Source: Gaiella sp. (GTDB lineage: Bacteria > Actinomycetota > Thermoleophilia > Gaiellales > Gaiellaceae). From it: DNA of 61,174 nucleotides. Under the pieces are notes generated by a model. The model was given only the letters and a program-made list of their open reading frames with translations, had not been told where the DNA came from and ran no database searches. Both the position numbers and the translations under genes were made by a program. Location of the stretch: assembly GCA_035691005.1 (NCBI GenBank), contig DASSJV010000137.1, positions 1 to 61,174 of the forward strand. The letters are read 5' to 3'. Positions 56,270 through 61,174 of this stretch are shown here, piece by piece. Each line of letters opens with the position of its first letter. Position 1 is the first letter of the stretch.

Positions 56270-56794
56270 ATGCGGCGCACGTTCGTCGTGTTGATGATGT
56301 TGGTAACCCTCACCTTCGCGGCTGTTGCGACGTCGGGTGGCCGGAATCCAGTAGTCGGTACGTGGTCCGCGACGACGACGTGTGCGGGGCAGTACGCGGC
56401 TCTGATGCGCTGGCCCGGTCTGAGGAAGTACGCGGTCGAGATGGTCGTGGGCAACGGCTTCATCCCCGGCGTGCAATCGCCGGATCAACTCCAGGATCCC
56501 ATGCATCCGTGCCGAGGTGCGGTGCCGCGAAAGCACTCCCATTTCTTCACGAAGAACGGGACGTTCGGGTCGCGCGATTGGACAGGGGAGCAAGTCGACG
56601 ACGGCACCTACGCACTCAAGGGTGCGAACACGATCGTGATCGCCAAGGAGTTTCCCTCCGTGACATTCACCTTCACGGTTCGAGGGCGCACGATCAGGTT
56701 CGCGCCGCGCATCCCAAAGAGTTGCTCGACTTTCCGCTGCGCCTGGAGTCTCTCCATGGCGATCCCCGGCACCGCCTGGACGCGCACGAGCTAG
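56270..56794 (+). CDS. Secreted hypothetical protein
   Basis: Signal peptide, VGTWS motif, four Cys; TACTCT -10 7 nt before the ATG. Confidence 0.68.
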   Translation: MRRTFVVLMMLVTLTFAAVATSGGRNPVVGTWSATTTCAGQYAALMRWPGLRKYAVEMVVGNGFIPGVQSPDQLQDPMHPCRGAVPRKHSHFFTKNGTFGSRDWTGEQVDDGTYALKGANTIVIAKEFPSVTFTFTVRGRTIRFAPRIPKSCSTFRCAWSLSMAIPGTAWTRTS

Positions 56795-57447
56795 ATCAGC
56801 GCGACCGATCACAATCCTTCGCGCTGGCGCCACGTGTGCAGGGAAGGTGACCAGTCACATCGTCTGACCTGCGGGAACCTGCGCATCACCGTGCCCAACC
56901 TGTCATCGTGCGACGCTTCCCCAGCGCGCGCCCGCCGGATTTTCGGGTACCGGTCTGCTGCGGCAGTGCCTTCTGGCGGGTGCGCCCCCCTTCCCTAATG
57001 ACTTGACATCGCTCACAAGAGGCGTAGATTCTCGCGCCACCGAGGCCTGGCGTCCGTGGGGGGCAATGGGGCCACTCGGTGAGCACCGGAGCCGCTATCG
57101 GGGAGAGCGGGGCCCCGGTGCGGACAGGGGCCGTCAGGTCACGGTCCTCCACATACGGCATCGCGTCGCTCCCGGGTCGATTCCCGTACCCCACGACACT
57201 GGGACCGCGAGCCGGTCGGCACCCTCCCTCGCCTCGAGCAGACGGTCGGCCACGGCCCAGCCCCGATCGGAGTAGCATCGAATGGGCGCGGACGGAATAT
57301 GGGTCTGCGCTGGGGAGGTCGTGGGGGAAGGACGCCTCGCCGACGCCAGGCACTGCGGCCCCCGTCCGCGTCTACGACGCGAGCGACATGACCGTGGCGA
57401 TTCTCCGTCATGCCCCCGACGACGCCTCCCCCTCTTATGCTCGACCG

Positions 57448-57849
57448 GTGTCGATTTGGCGGCGTAAGGCGCTCGAGGCGTTTCCCGAACTCGGGAAGGA
57501 ACTGACAAGCGACGAGATCGACTCGACGTACGCGGCGTGGAGGGAGGTGCTCTTGCCGCTCGCAGCAGAAGCGCACGGTTGCGGCGACGACGAGCTGTTG
57601 AAGCGGATCTTCGAGTATGCGGCGTGGTCGGCCCGGCGTCCGGCGAAGCACGTGTGGAATGCAGTGGGAGTCGGCTTCTACGAGCACCTCTTCGAGATCT
57701 CGAGATCGGATGAATGGATGCGGCTCGTGGTGCGCCTGACACCACGCGACGTGCTGGACGACGTTTCCGCCCTTTGGGACAACGGCGCGCTGCCCGAGTC
57801 CGATCTCGCTCGGCTCCGCGCGATACGCGCAAGGCGCGACCCGCGCTGA
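57448..57849 (+). CDS. Hypothetical protein (DUF7674-like, possible immunity-type protein)
   Basis: WRRKALEAFPEL...LKRIFEYAAW...NAVGVGFYEHL; TATGCT -10 6 nt before GTG. Confidence 0.6.
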   Translation: MSIWRRKALEAFPELGKELTSDEIDSTYAAWREVLLPLAAEAHGCGDDELLKRIFEYAAWSARRPAKHVWNAVGVGFYEHLFEISRSDEWMRLVVRLTPRDVLDDVSALWDNGALPESDLARLRAIRARRDPR

Positions 57850-58440
57850 GACTTTCCGACCCGCCGCGTCATCCGAGCCGTCCGAGCCCGCAGCTCCAGC
57901 GGCCGACGCCGTACCGGATTCGGTACCCGACAGGTAACCGAGCGTGATCCGAGAACGACGAAGCCCACCTTGCAGCGGGCTCCACCGTTCGGCCGGCCTT
58001 CGCCGCGACACGGGCTATGCGAGGCTGGTGAGCTACGCGGCCGTGGCCATCGTGATTCCGTACGCGATCGTCGTCCGGGCCGTGTTCGCTACCGCCTGTA
58101 CGTGGAACTGACCGATGACCGCGAGCGCGTAGCCCGCACCGTTGACTTCCGCCCGCCGAGTCGTACCCTCTCGTGTGGGGAGAGCGATCCGTCTTCGGTC
58201 GCCTTCCGGGGTTCGCCGAGGCCGCACGGGGAGCGGCCTCGGCGTGATCGTGCCCGCCGGTCGCCAGGCTCCGTGACGCCGGGAAGTCCCCGCAGCAGCG
58301 GGCCGGACGGGCCCCCCGTCCGAACGGCTAGGCGAGTCTCGTCTCGTGGGGGAAGAACCGCGCGGCGGATGCGCCGATGCTCAAGCAATGTCGGATGAGG
58401 GTCGTATCGAACGGGGGACCCTCGGGAGAGGGGAAAGCTC

Positions 58441-58644
58441 ATGACGGCGGCACAGTTCGAAGATCTGCAGACCGACGAGGCGGCCGAGGTGCTCGCCTGG
58501 CGGTTCGACGCTCTCTGCCGGTCGGGGTTCGACCTCGACGCGGCGGCCGTCCTGGCGGCGAACGTCGAGGTCGATCTTCACAAGGCAGTCGAGCTCGTCG
58601 GGCGCGGGTGCCCGCCGGAGCTCGCGAGTCGCATCCTGCTCTGA
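58441..58644 (+). CDS. Small hypothetical protein
   Basis: GAGGGG RBS; WRF..L...G...DLH.A..L...GCPPELA.RILL. Confidence 0.72.
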   Translation: MTAAQFEDLQTDEAAEVLAWRFDALCRSGFDLDAAAVLAANVEVDLHKAVELVGRGCPPELASRILL

Positions 58645-58738
58645 CCGTCCCGGCGTCGGCCCCTTCGGCGGCAGGGTCCGACACCGGGACAACCCGCGTT
58701 CCCGGCCCTAGACAACGCGGGCTCTAGACTCCGCCGCG

Positions 58739-61150
<2,412 letters not shown>

Positions 61151-61174
61151 CCGCGTCGCTCGTCGCGACCGCGC

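Noticed and set aside
51175-58440. Integrative element at tRNA-Arg
   Set aside because: No integrase, and no duplicated tRNA 3' end noticed in the window

Overview
Very GC-rich chromosomal segment from an actinobacterium. Gene order and protein style suggest Thermoleophilia/Gaiellales, which is an inference. Most of it is core genome on the minus strand: proS, ispG, rseP-dxr-cdsA-uppS-frr-pyrH-tsf-rpsB, rluD-lspA-dksA-like-DUF167-divIVA-yggT-sepF-yggS-cca-ridA-hisB-like-murA, a MoxR/DUF58/transglutaminase triad, coaBC-rpoZ-gmk-mihF, and a PyrR-regulated pyrR-B-C-carA-carB-pyrK-pyrD operon. It also holds rnz, a LexA-boxed LysM gene, a DUF1611/dipeptide-epimerase pair, tRNA-Pro(GGG), tRNA-Arg(CCG), corA, a ~4 kb visibly less GC-rich accessory patch and a HerA/DUF87-like ATPase. 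The most unusual signal is a set of short inserts sitting exactly in RTGA stop/start overlaps. Each reads as a mini-ORF that starts on the upstream gene's stop and stops on the downstream gene's start, so translational coupling is relayed across it: murA/hisB-like and pyrC/carA (both 141 nt) and mihF/gmk and yggT/divIVA (both 45 nt). A TIR-bounded MITE-like element after pyrH carries a similarly coupled ORF. Also notable are an apparent ATC-initiated uppS in frame with the frr stop, a HisB paralogue lacking its metal-binding motifs, and a Pro-rich leaderless uORF over the corA start. Start codons were re-chosen by eye and no database searches were run.
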